Shown: positions 36,301 through 48,358 of the stretch, in pieces
Numbering within the stretch: position 1 is the first letter of the stretch
How the letters are laid out: every line of letters starts with the position of its first letter
Assembly: GCF_001447785.1 (NCBI RefSeq)
Contig: NW_015167529.1
Coordinates: 1,661,249-1,725,248, forward strand
Reading direction: 5' to 3'
From: Gekko japonicus
Lineage: Eukaryota
DNA: 64,000 nucleotides
The notes under the pieces: model-generated
Seen by the model: only the letters and a program-made list of their open reading frames with translations
The model's database searches: none
What the model was told of the DNA's origin: nothing
Position numbers and translations under genes: made by a program

Positions 36301-39300
36301 NNNNNNNNNNNNNNNNNNNNNNNNNNNNNNNNNNNNNNNNNNNNNNNNNNNNNNNNNNNNNNNNNNNNNNNNNNNNNNNNNNNNNNNNNNNNGGCTGTGA
36401 CGAGGGGGCCCACTTCCCCCTCCATTGCCTATGCCTCGGAGCTCTGTTGGGGTCTGGAAGTGTCTGTCGCCCTCTCCGGTAAGCCCACCACCCGCCTTCG
36501 GATGTGCAGATACGATTGCTCAGTCATGCGTATGCACAAACTTCAGTTTTTAAAAAAAATCCATCCCATTTGCCACGAAAGCGGCGCCTAGCGATTGCTG
36601 GTGTGATCGCGCCACACCGCTTCTTTGCCCCGCTGCAGGATCATCGTGTGATCGGCACCTGCCCCCTAACCACGGGACCTCGAAGGGATGTCTGATCGCG
36701 CAACCGCACGTTATTTTCCTCCGGGGCAAACAGCCACGCTTCCCCCTCGCATTTTCCGGCCCGTATGAGTGTGTTCCATTATTAATGAAGTCAAAAATGC
36801 AAGATCCTTCAGCATCTCAGGGTTGTATTCTCATGCTTACTTTCTCCCAGCAGGAGGACATTTCCAGAGGGGGGCGTGTGTCTGACTTTTGCTCGTTTCT
36901 CTGCCCCACTGTGAATCATCACATTATCCTGAGCACAGTTGCTGGGTGCTCCTGACCCGTGGGAGCAGATGGAGAGTTCTGCTTTGTTTAGTGGAACTTG
37001 GTACACACAGTCCTCTGTTGCTCATTTAAAACATAATGAACATTCAGAAATTTCTGTATGTTGAATTTTCCTAGATTAGCAACAATGACTGTTTCCATTC
37101 AATTTATACGCAAAGCAAATCAGGACTCAAGGATTTTACCTATGAAAAACTTTTTAGGGTGCAATTATGCATTACAAAAAACATAAGGCTGCCAATACGT
37201 GTCAAGTTCTCCCCCAATGTCTTTTAGTACATTTTATCTTGATGTCGTTTATACTGTATAGTTTCCTACCAGTACTTGACTTCATTAGCTGGTGGCAGAG
37301 CTGAGAACACAAGTAATAGTGACAACAGTATACTGGGACACCTGTGCTACATGATATGGAGGGGGTGGTGAGGGGAAAATCTTGACAACTCGACATTTTC
37401 AGCAGTAGACCTGTTTTTCTTTTATGACGAATATGCATTAGAATAGAATTCTGTGTGTGGACAAGACATCCAGACTTAATATGAAAAGGAGCTCATGATG
37501 CAATCAATGACAGCCAGTGCTTCTCACTGTTGATTACAGAAGAATCTGAGCTTCATTGCCTCCTGTACCCAATTAGTGCACCTGTAAATTAAGTCCATAA
37601 CACAAGAAAATTCTTTTCAGAGTACTCCTATTTTACTAAGTGGAAAATTTAATGGTATATTCTTTTTGTGAACAGATTAAACATATTTTTTATCTATTCA
37701 TGCGTTATGGATGAGAGAATACCCCAAGAAGACTATTTCAACAACGTACTTCACCAGGGTGCAGTCGATCCCAGTTTTCATTAATGTAGGTCATAAGTTC
37801 AAGCTCTGAATCAAAATATTTCTTTTTGTGAATAACACTTAGGTTGTAAAGGCATAGATGTGCTATGTCCACCCTAGAATTCAAAATGTCAATAGTTAGC
37901 ACATTTTAGCATTTTATAAATGCAAGCGCAATCTGGCAAGAAAACAAGACTATTGGCTTACTGTGCCAAGTTATGAAGTTCACAAAGTTTTGACAGCTTT
38001 ATTAAACCTGTGGCAGGGAACATTCTAGGGCCAAAGGGAAGCAGCATGGTAGCACTTTTAGCCACAATGGAAGTAGCAACAGTATGGTTAGAAGTGATGG
38101 AATGCAACTGCAACAGGTGTAGCTGACCCATCAGCACTTTGGGGGGGTGAGAGAGTGCGTGCATTTAGTGCCATCAAGTCACTTCTGACTTACAGCAACC
38201 CTATGAATTAATGACCTCTGTTTTCTGACAGTAATGTGGTTTCATCTGCATATCAGGGAAAAGTGGAGGTACTTTAAAAAGACTCCCCTCCAGACAGTAC
38301 AGGACAGCCAGAACGCCCTGAGGAAGGAAGGCTGAGGGAAGCCAAGCCTGACTCAGTGTTAGACAGTAAAGACAGTACAGGTAACAGAGATACCGTTGCC
38401 CAAAAATCACAGCTGTGTGAGCCCTAGCACTATGCACTAACTGCAGAGGAGCTTAGACCCTAGAACAGATGCAAGACAGCACTGACTGAGGCTGTGGACA
38501 AGCCAAGATGGGACAATGATGAAGTGAGCTTTCTGAGTTTCAGGATTGCATAGAAGCAAAGGCTCAGGCACCTGGCAGGTCAAGAGCTGGATCTGTACCT
38601 ACTAAGGGTCCAGGTCAAGGCATGATGTTATTTGAATCCCATGTAATCTTACGTAGTAGTTTACTAGAAACTCATTCTACGCTGCTTCAGAATTCCTTAG
38701 CTGATTAACTTGAAGCTAACTGAAAAGAAAGAACACTGAACAGTAGTAATACAAGGTAATTACTTACGTTCCTCCATTGTTCAAGGGCAAATATGTTTTT
38801 AGAGCAGACAACAGCTAGGAAAATGTGCAACACAGTTCTACTCTGAAGTTGTTCTTACCATTGCAAGGGTAAACGTTTGAGGTATTCTGGTCCAGAACTA
38901 CAAACTGAACATATGAATGTATAAAACCTTTAAAAAAAAGTGAGAAAGCACAAAATGTAAAGCATGTTCAATTATTTGAAAATGTGTATCTGTAATCAAT
39001 ACTATTAGCAAGCAGTCCAATTTTGCAAGGTGTTTAGGATTTCCAGATCTAAACTAGTAACCAACATATACTGCACAGCTGAAACCCATCCAACTTGCAA
39101 TGAATTTAACAGGCACATCCAAGGCTATCCACCAGCTATAAATCTCCAATGAATGGAGCCTAAAATGTGTGTGTGTATAAATAAATAAACTTTTAGGGGC
39201 ATAAATACAATAGGTGAGATCCTACCAGTTCATTCTGATTCTGCCAGCATACTCCCCCAGGAGAAGGGCATTGCACTACTGCACAAGTGTCTTTCTGTGT

Positions 39301-42300
39301 GCAAGAACTTCTTGTATCAATGGAAAGCTACTTGCAATGGAGGAACACAGTAGCGGCAGCTGAACAAACTGGTAAGATACAACCCATTAGTTCACTGATT
39401 AAATACTAAGACAAATACAACAATGATAAACATACAGGATCTTACCTGTCACCAAAAAGCATTGGCTTTTGGAGGCACTGCACGCAAGCCTCATGAAACC
39501 ACTGTTTACATTTGCAGCACTGTAGCATCTTCAAATACCAGCTTCATTAAGAGAAATTAGAAAAAATGGGTTGTGGTAAGGGTTCCCTATTATAGCACAG
39601 CAATGTTTCATTCTGAACTACACCAAGATTAAAAGTACCTCTAAACATATTTTTGATTAAATATTTTTGCTGCAAGTACATACCTAGGGAAGCCTTTGTA
39701 CAGTGCCTTCCTGATTTATGTACTTGTGGCAAACTGCAGAGGCACCACACTACAGCATGGATGTACAGATATTTTTCTCACCCCCCCCCAGGGAAATTAC
39801 CTTTTGGGAGAAGAAAGTGACATGCTTAGAAAACATTGGGCATACTTCAATATTTTAGCTGTGAAATCTGAATAATCTATGCCCATGTGTATCCCAGGCA
39901 TACCCTTTCATGGTGACTCATGCCAAGTAATCATGTGGGCTTCAACAGTGCTTCTCTGCTGCTTGTTCATGCTACAGAATAACAACTGCTTGAGCAACCC
40001 ATATTGCACATTTCCCCATACTTGGAACATCAAAGCAACAAAATTAATTCGAGACAACATTGTTGGTAGCCATACCGCCTGGCTGTATTTGAAACCTGCT
40101 TCTGGAAACCCACCCTGGTTGTTAGCCTTATTCACACACCATCCCCTTTTTGGGAATGCCATCCTTGTTCCTAAATTTGTGTAAAACTGGCCTCTGCTGT
40201 ACAACCAGAGTATCACACAATATGAGCACAGCAAATTTTACCCTACTCCCATTGAAAATAGCATCCTGATACAATGTATGTTTATTTGGAAGCATCTCAA
40301 TTCAAATGAGGCCAACTCCCAGCAAAGCACAGGACTTCATTCGATCTACAATTCAATGCTATCCTATACAGAAATCAACAAACTTAATCTGGAATAAAAT
40401 CTGCCTAAAATCTGCATGCACACATTTGTCTCAAATACAGACTTCATAAACCAAAGTATAGCAATGTAGTCAAAGCCTGATATTGCTGGTGAAATAGCAT
40501 AATGTAGCACCTTCTTATTAGTATACGCTTATTTCTGTGAAATGTAAGCCAGCAGTCATACATATCATTGGCAACAAGTATGTAGGAATACATTTGACAG
40601 AGAACCCTTTTATAAATATTTTTTAACTTACTCTCCAGGACCTCCACAGTAGCAATAACACTGCTGGGCATTCGTTTTATGGCCTGCATCCCATTCAAGG
40701 TCTGCTACACTGTAAGGCAATGTTTGCTTCATGACTTGTAGGGCTTTGGCATTTGGTCCTTTCTTAAGTGCGCCACCTCTCTGAATGAAGACATATTGAA
40801 AGAGCAAATGCTAGTGTCCAGTGCCATGCAGAAATAAAATATTTCAGCAGTAGTCACTTTATTAAGTAGAATCATAGAATCATAGAGTTGGAAGGGGCCA
40901 TACAGACCATCTAGTCCAACCCCCCTGCCCAATGTAGGTCCAACCTAAAGTATCTCTGACAAATATTCGTCCAGCCTCTTCTTGAAAGCTGTCAGTGAAG
41001 GGGAGCTAACCACCTCCCTAGGCAGCTGATTCCACCTTTGAACCACTCTGACCGTGAAAAAGTTTTTCCTAATATCCAGCCGATACCTTTCTGCATGTAA
41101 TTTAAACCCATTGCTTCAGGTCCTATCCTCTGCTGCCAACTGGAACAGCTCCTCGCCCTCCTCCAAATGACAGCCTTTCAAATATTTAAAGAGAGCAATC
41201 ATGTCCCCCCTCAATCTCCTCTTCAATTTAAACATTCCCAAGGCCCTTATCCTTTCCTTGTAGGGCTTAGTCTCCAGACCCCTGATCATCCTAGTCACTC
41301 TCTTCTGCATCCTCTCGATTTTGCCCGCATCCTTTTAAAAGTGAGGCCTCCAGAACTGCACACAGTACTCGAGATGTGGCCTGACCAAGGAAGTATACAG
41401 ACAGGCTATGACCTCCTGCGATTTCGACGCTATGGCCCTTTTAATACAACCCAAGACTGAATTAGCCTTTTTTGCCACCATATAACACTGACTGTCATAT
41501 TTAGTTTACAGTCCACTCTTACCACAAGATCTCTTTCGCATACACTACCCATCCAGTATTTGTGCTTGACATTTTTGTGGCCCAGACGTAATACTGTGCA
41601 TTTATCGTTGTTGAATTGCATCCTATTTGCAACTGCCCACTTCTCCAGAGTATTCAAGTCTTGCTGAATTTTAACTCTATCTTCTTGGGTGTTTGCTACG
41701 GCTCCCAATTTGGTATCATCAACAAATTTAATGAGTAGCCCTTCTGCCCCTTCATCCAGATCACTGATAAAAATATTGAAAAGTACCGGGCCCAAAACCA
41801 AGCCCTGCAGCACCCCACTGGACACCTCCCTCCAATCTGATGAAACGCCATTAACCACCACTCTTGGGTGCAGTCCTCTAACCAGTACCCTATCCACCGC
41901 ACTGTCCTACAGTCCAGTCCACAGTCTTCCAGTTTTCCCATCAGAATGTCATGGGGAACCTTATCAAAAGCTTTACTGAAATCCAGGTAACTCACATCAA
42001 CAGAGTAGTCAGCATACCTTTGTTGTTGTTGCGAAGACACACTGCCGGCAAAGCCATTTATCATCCGAATCTATCACAGTAGAATCAATATTTGGCGTGT
42101 GACATAGCTGATGATAACCTGAATTCAAAAAAGAATTTACAGGGTTTAAAGAACATTAAACGCCTTTCCTGTCTTGACAAGTGCAGGAAGGATCATCACA
42201 TTGATACAGAAACAACAATTTATTCCCCAACTGATCATCAACAACATGTCCCGATATATTACCAGGTGCAATAAATGATATGGTGGTATGAATGCTACAG

Positions 42301-45300
42301 GGACCATGCCAATGCAAACATCTCTACATGCAGGATAAAACTAAAGAAGCTGATAAATTTCTAAAATAATGCAAGTTACCTTGACCACATTTATCACATA
42401 TAACCATTTCATTGGGTGCTTCTGAATATTCTTCTTGACATATTGTACAGACCATTTCCCCACTTTCAGTCGCTCCTAAAAAAAGGGAGGGTCTAGGTTT
42501 ACAATTTTTAAAAGTTCATGTATGCCATTTCAAGAGCAATATTCAAATATATATATATAAGACTTTTAAACTAGTTGTGATTAGAAAACCAACAGCAGTC
42601 AGCATACGGGGGAAAGAGGAACAGGCAGTAAGCTGAGTGCATTAAGACCCAGCAGATACCAGTGTTTGAGAACAAGTTGAGAGAAGGACAGCATTAGTTG
42701 TGAGAGCGAGTTGTGAGGACAGGAAGTACATAAAACAGGAACAAAACTGATGTTGACTAAAGTTTTTCTCTAGAGCAGTGTGAGGAAATTAAGGAACTTA
42801 AATATATTGTGATCTCAGAAGCCCCAAGGCACTGTGTCTTTCTGCACCTACATATTACAGACAACCAACACTTTTCATCCTTATACTGGGTGGGATCTGA
42901 GAAAAAGAGTCTGAACATTCACACTAATGAACACAAAACTAAAAGAACAAAGACGCAGAAGGTGCTTGCCTGTTTGTATGTCCTTCCAAAGAACCCAGGA
43001 TTTTGAGCTGTCTTCAAATATAATGAAGCAGCTCTGTTTCAGTTTGTTTATCTGAAAACAAGAATAAATTTGAGGTTGCTACATATAAAACCACCAGTAC
43101 ACATAAGAAAATGATTTAATAGTACCTATTAATGAATTACCTTTTTGATAGTTCCAAGATAAAACAAGCCATCTGACCACCTGGCTAGGACATCTTGACC
43201 TTCTTCAAATTTGCACACTGGCTTTTTGGCTTTCTGTCCATCCCGTGAGGACAGCTTGGTCACAGAGACTGGTGGCTTTTGGTGTCGCCGTAAAGGAGAC
43301 CGCTTGTGGACCACTGAATTACCCACCCCCGTAGAGTCTCTAAAATTAAAAAGCAACATTAATATGACCTCTTAGATTGATTTCTTGCAATAATAAAAGG
43401 GTATCAACTTGTACAGTTTCAAGCTCTGCTAGCCATGTGTGACATTGAAACTCAACAAAGGGGTTGATATTCTTACAAGGGCACTACTCAGAACAGGTGT
43501 GGGGCTGAAAGAAGAACTAATATAGCCTTCTAGAATCATGTTCCAGGTAGGAACCACCACAGTATCGTAGCCTTCAATTCCTACTCAATCGTCAGTGACA
43601 CTGAACACTGCTGAGGAATTCAGGAGAATCTGGAAGATAGCACTCTCAATCTATTCCAGTACCTATCTCCATCAAAAACAGCCAAGGAATTTTATGTACC
43701 AAAGCCATGACCTAGAAAATCAGTTACATCTACAGGCCCTTGGTGCTGAACCCACAATCTTGCCCCCAAGGAGAGACTGAGATGGGCTGACAGATGCGAT
43801 TCCATGAATAATCTAATGAAGGTACCTTTAGGACTAGCATCCAAACCACCTCCTCCAAGGTGGTCAGGCTCATCTCCTTTTTCAAGGAAGAGTTCCCATA
43901 TCCAGGCAGTAACTCTCTTTTGGGCAAAAGTGAAGCAGGCAGGTTGTAAAAGAGACCTTTCCAAGCATCCTGTTCACATTTTCAGGTTGTAGTGATCCAA
44001 CCAAATAGGAGAAATCACTGCTCTGGAGGTGCCTAGTACTGTTATCAATAGGGGTATCCAGCTGGCCACAGCATTTTCATATTCCAGAGATGAACCATGG
44101 CTTCAACACGATTTCCCACCATGTCCTACAGTTATCTACCTGGATCATCTGGAAATCACCTGGAAACCATCTGGATCCATTCATCTCAAAAAGCAGACTA
44201 AAGCCGTTCCCCAGCCCTTTGGAGGCATAGGGTCCTCCCACTACCCAAAGCCTTGCCAGATAGTGATCTGTCCTTGAAAGGGAAATCACAGAAATATTCT
44301 GTTTCAAATCACCACCCTCAAGGCCAGCCTATTCCCGTTCTTCCATTCTTCACCTTGGCTACGTCCCTCATACCTTGCTTATCTCACAGGGTCATTTCTG
44401 AGGATGAAACGGGAAAGGGAAAGGAAATCACACATGGCACCCTGAGCTCCTTGGATAAAGGGTGGGATAAAAATACATTAGATCGATAGAATGAAGAGCA
44501 GGTCAAGTATGTGACCTCCAATACATGTAAGGCTGAAGACATTTGGGGAGAACCCCCCTACATTGTCACAATAATTCTCCCCTAGACTCAGTCAGGGGAG
44601 TCTGACTGAGGTGACACCTCTGTCTGCACAGATATGAAAACGGTTAGGCAGCAAGGTAGGCAGGACACCAGCAGAAATTCTGTCTGGCACCAGAAACTAG
44701 GTAAACAATGAATACAAAACCCTAACCTTGGTGTGAGGGAAGCTGTCCTATTCCTAAACATCAGCATTATGTTGTTAGCTCTTGGTCGCCTGAGATTTCT
44801 CCAGCCTCGTTTAATCCCTGGAAATTTCTCTTATATGATGGCTTCTGATGTAGTGTTTTTTTAAATACATTCAAGCGGCAATCACTAATGAGAAGCAAAA
44901 CCTCCACAAGTGAAGCCTATGGAATGAAGAACCACCATGTTAAGACCTACATGGTAGGTCCAAGGTAGTTTACAAAAGTATACAAGAACCACTCTGTATT
45001 GCTTGCACAACTAAATGTTGGTTTGATAGTATTCACATGGATAACAAAACAGAGATGCAAAATCATTCTCAACAGACAGCATAGCAACTGGCTCCAAGTA
45101 ATCTTCTGAGTAGGTGTACTGTGCCAGTTCAACAAAACTTTATACAAGCTCTAGAGCAATGCATTTGCACAGTAGTCAGCAGCATTAGAACAAAACTATC
45201 TGAACAGCAGACAGCAACACTGCTCCCACTCTTTGAATATAGAGGTAGATTTCTGGATAATTGATTTAATATTTATAAACTACTTTATAAATATTATTAT

Positions 45301-48300
45301 ACATTGTAGGTCCAGAGTGGTTTACAAAAGTGTAGAATCGATACTTTCCCCCATGCTCCCTTAAATGTGGAAAAGTAATATTCTGAGCTCAAATAAATGC
45401 AGTAAACCCAGTTAACCTGATATTTTCTCTACATGGTAAGGATGGTGGGAGGTGCCCCCAAGACTCTTACCAGGCTGAAATTTGAGTAAATAGGGCCACT
45501 GTCTTCATCTCTACAACCACATGAAAATCCTAGGGCAGATAAATGAATAAAACTGACCTAGAAAGAACTTCTGCTGCTAGAAGGGTCTTTCACATTAGCT
45601 CTATATCATAATACCTTTCAAACTTGACAACTACACAAATGAGAAAAAGTTACATAAGGCAAAGGTTTAGATCTCACCTTCTACAAAAGCTAGTTAATTT
45701 TTTTTTACCTAAATAACATGCTAAACTTGAAGAATGAACTGCGAACAGCCCACAGAGGAACCTGTCAGACTTATAGATTATGTACTCAAGAGTAAGTCCT
45801 ACTGAAGTAAATGTGACTTGTGTGTGCACAAAATTGCACCCTTCAAGTATGTGGCAACAGCTTCATAAAGCGGCATGCATTTCTACTTTTGTTGGCAATA
45901 GTAACATTTCAGACAACAGTAACTTGTCAGGCAGTAAATCCGATCAAGATGTCCTGTCCTCCTTATATTTACTTTAAATTCAAAGGCTTTTCCAAGAATT
46001 TCAAGCATTTTATAACATGTTGAAGTACACAAGCAATTAAGTGCTCAATACAGAGGGAAACTCTATTATTACATTGGCTATGAAATATGACTCATGACCT
46101 CTGCAGTTAAAACTATTATTTTGCTCTCACAGCATATTAAAAACTTGGATAATGAATATGAGAATAGTTCTGCCATGCAAATAACAGAATATTCCATGTC
46201 CTTTTATGTCCTCTGCAATGACATACTTGAGTACCACTTAATATTTAATATAATTTACTCATGATTTAGCAGCTGTAGCTTTGCATTAGTTGAAAATACA
46301 TTTCACAGGATTAAGATTTTAAAATAATTTTGACTAGTGTTCAGAAATATTGACTTGATATTTTATTTATATCTCGCTTGATTTACTGTGATTGCAAATA
46401 TTTGCAGGAGGTTTGTGCCAAGTCGTAACTTGTAACTGACTACATTGCAACTAAGACATTTTCAACAAAGAAATTAAATTTTAAGTGCTCGTGAACCAGT
46501 TCCCACCCCGCCAATCTACATGAAATTAAAATAAACTGACTAGGTACAGCTTTTAAGTTCTGTTACTATTCAAATAAAAGGAATCTGCTAAGATTGCTTT
46601 TAAAAAGCTAGAATTTCTAGATTTTATTTACAGGAGATAGCATTAGAAACATCTTGTATGTATTTATATCAAAGAATTCAAAAGATCATAGATTTTTTAG
46701 ATGGACATAACACAATTCACCTTAGAGACATGGTGTCTGAGTGTGTGACAGAGAGAAATCCATGGATAATTCCTGCTTGGTAGTATCCTTTGGAATTACT
46801 ATCTTATGAAGAGACAAGATACATGTTAAAACTGGTAATGCAAATCGTGGTGCTTCTAGTTCACATGTAGAGAACATCTAATGGAGGACAATTATTTGGT
46901 TCACAATAGTTACAGGTTATTTAACTCAAATTCAGAATGATAATATGAATATTCTAATAATGTAAAACAACCTGGCTGATAAAAGTGAGATGTAATCCTG
47001 AAAACAGAGTACAGTCAATAAGGCTAATAATGTTTAAATAAGGACAGCTACACTTGTAATGCTATGCTTATGAATAGTACAAACAGAATAATTTTACATG
47101 ACCTAATCTACTTCCAGAAGTTTTAAGAAATTAATATCTGAACCATTAGAGAAATTTCCAAGGGAGTTAATCATATGGGGGGGGGGGAGTTCTTCACTGC
47201 TTATGGGATGACAATATTTACTAGCAATATCCTATTCATGTATCTAGCAGGAACTCTCTAAATTCAGGCCATGACCTAAAACTAGTATGCTGATCCACTA
47301 CTGGGAGATATGCATACAGATGCCAACCTCTCTGTGTATGTCTACCCAGAACCCAGCTAAACAGCTGGTTCAGTCTGAGGCAACACACACAAATACACGC
47401 ACAAAAGAAAGAAAAGAATCTCACAAACTAGGATTTTCTAATTAATAACTGTACAAAGCGTTCAATTTTGCATTATTCAAATAACTTAATAATAAAGCAG
47501 ATTATAACCTTTAATTTGATGTGGCTGCACACCCCCATTCTGGGGCCACTAGCTGCTGCATGTTACCTATCTTGGGCCCCAATTATCTGGGAAGCAGGCA
47601 CAAAAATACTTATAGTTTTAACAACACGTCCATATTCTTTGAACAAGAACTAAAAGCAGATCACTCTCCTTTCATTAGAACTCGCACCAGATCAAAGCTT
47701 CCACCCTCTGAGGAAGCAAGCAAGGGAATGTACAAATGATCATTGTTTTCCAAACACTGTTACGGCCTGCCTTATAATCCTTGCACAGAAGATTATCCCT
47801 TTCCCCTTCAGCTAGACTCTCCCCCTTTGAAGAAAAGAAAAACAACTTTTCTTTTTGGCGCATATGCAGCTGGGAACTAGCAGAGGGAAGCTGCCCAGTT
47901 TACGTGGCCGTGGCTGATCACGGCAAGCGAGGCGTGTCTAGAGGCTCAGACTCCTCTTACAGTTCTCGCCTTTGTTTTGGTTTCCACGGGACAGCAAAAG
48001 CCCCCCTTGCATACAGTCAGCCGCAGATAGGATTTATATTGCGTGCCCTTCAACTCATTCTCGACCTACGGTACTACCCATTTCCCCCATCCTATTCTTA
48101 CAAACAGTATTAAACAGAGGACGTCTGGAAGGCTTCCTTCTCTCGGTCCCCCGCATAATGGGGGCGGGCATTCTGCTAATAACAACCACTAAGCAGAGAA
48201 AAGTGACCGAGGGGGGAGTAAAACCGACAAAAGCTGGATCAGAACTGAGCAATTCTTCCCCCCCTCCCCGTCAGTGTACTTCCATTACCCCCTTTGCGAG

Positions 48301-48358
48301 ATCCCATTACCGGGGGGGGGGGGGGGGGGTGTCCCCGGCCGTCCGTCCCTCACCTCAT
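27008..48358 (-). CDS. MTF2: Metal response element-binding transcription factor 2 / Polycomb-like 2, full gene, 15 coding exons totalling 1782 nt = 593 aa
   Basis: Exons translate contiguously: MRDSTG..., Tudor ([23 protein letters not shown]), PHD1 ([29 protein letters not shown]), PHD2 ([29 protein letters not shown]), EH domain, C-terminal ...[15 protein letters not shown]; phases consistent. Confidence 0.97.
28740..28980 (-). mobile_element. Squamate SINE
   Basis: Same family as 7950-8170 in reverse. Confidence 0.75.
29277..29381 (-). CDS. MTF2: MTF2 exon 14
   Basis: [34 protein letters not shown](S). Confidence 0.9.
29486..29538 (-). CDS. MTF2: MTF2 exon 13
   Basis: [17 protein letters not shown](G); 53 nt. 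Confidence 0.88.
29685..29793 (-). CDS. MTF2: MTF2 exon 12
   Basis: [36 protein letters not shown]. Confidence 0.94.
30312..33200 (+). mobile_element. Internally deleted hAT (ZBED-type) transposon; right end not resolved
   Basis: Left TIR TAGGGATGGGCAAGAACC; frameshifted BED finger ([19 protein letters not shown]); hATC dimerisation domain ([22 protein letters not shown]). Confidence 0.85.
32313..33074 (-). mobile_element. Solo LTR (762 bp)
   Basis: TG...CA termini, 5-bp TSD GGCCA; minus-strand TATAAA 32831-32826 and AATAAA 32544-32539, 32367-32362. Confidence 0.8.
33827..33997 (-). CDS. MTF2: MTF2 exon 11
   Basis: [56 protein letters not shown](R); 171 nt, symmetric phase 2-2. Confidence 0.96.
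34300..35140 (-). mobile_element. Degraded RTE-X-like LINE fragment
   Basis: [17 protein letters not shown] resembles the C-terminal motif of the 14187-14765 ORF. Confidence 0.55.
35237..35304 (-). CDS. MTF2: MTF2 exon 10
   Basis: [22 protein letters not shown](M). Confidence 0.96.
35444..36088. mobile_element. Non-autonomous hAT (Ac-like) element
   Basis: TIR TAGAGATGT(G/A)AA; 8-bp TSD GTCCTGCA/GTTCTGCA; subterminal CCGGAAAA-type repeats. Confidence 0.85.
36142..36778. mobile_element. CpG-rich non-autonomous DNA transposon, possibly PIF/Harbinger, spanning a gap
   Basis: Starts GGCTGCGGTCACACG after TAA; degenerate inverted end; abrupt composition shift. Confidence 0.4.
36258..36392. other. 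Assembly gap
   Basis: N run. Confidence 1.
37750..37873 (-). CDS. MTF2: MTF2 exon 9
   Basis: [41 protein letters not shown]. Confidence 0.96.
38859..38927 (-). CDS. MTF2: MTF2 exon 8
   Basis: [22 protein letters not shown](W). Confidence 0.96.
39446..39541 (-). CDS. MTF2: MTF2 exon 7
   Basis: (D)[31 protein letters not shown](R). Confidence 0.96.
40632..40780 (-). CDS. MTF2: MTF2 exon 6
   Basis: [49 protein letters not shown]. Confidence 0.96.
40870..42003 (-). mobile_element. 5'-truncated CR1 LINE in MTF2 intron 5
   Basis: [50 protein letters not shown]; (ATTCTATG)n tail; possible TSD AGTAG. Confidence 0.95.
42018..42118 (-). CDS. MTF2: MTF2 exon 5
   Basis: [34 protein letters not shown]; donor AAG|GTATGC. 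Confidence 0.96.
42380..42475 (-). CDS. MTF2: MTF2 exon 4
   Basis: [32 protein letters not shown]. Confidence 0.96.
42970..43051 (-). CDS. MTF2: MTF2 exon 3 (GC donor)
   Basis: [27 protein letters not shown]; donor CAG|GCAAGC. Confidence 0.93.
43141..43339 (-). CDS. MTF2: MTF2 exon 2
   Basis: (R)[16 protein letters not shown]...LGTIKK; AG/GT boundaries. Confidence 0.96.
43490..44260 (-). mobile_element. Degraded DIRS-like (tyrosine recombinase) retrotransposon fragment
   Basis: [14 protein letters not shown] and KPWF motifs reminiscent of the DIRS MT/YR region. Confidence 0.4.

Noticed and set aside
38768-38816. Extra cassette exon just after MTF2 exon 8 (tttcctag...AAC|GTAAGT)
   Set aside because: The upstream intron would be only about 43 nt; at most an alternative donor, with no support
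41696-42064. ORF fusing MTF2 exon 5 sequence to CR1 RT
   Set aside because: Different frame from MTF2; the MTF2 frame stops three codons into the intron, so no fusion protein
48312-48329. G18 run near the MTF2 exon 1 donor as a regulatory G-quadruplex
   Set aside because: Homopolymer runs are common in this window and their length is unreliable
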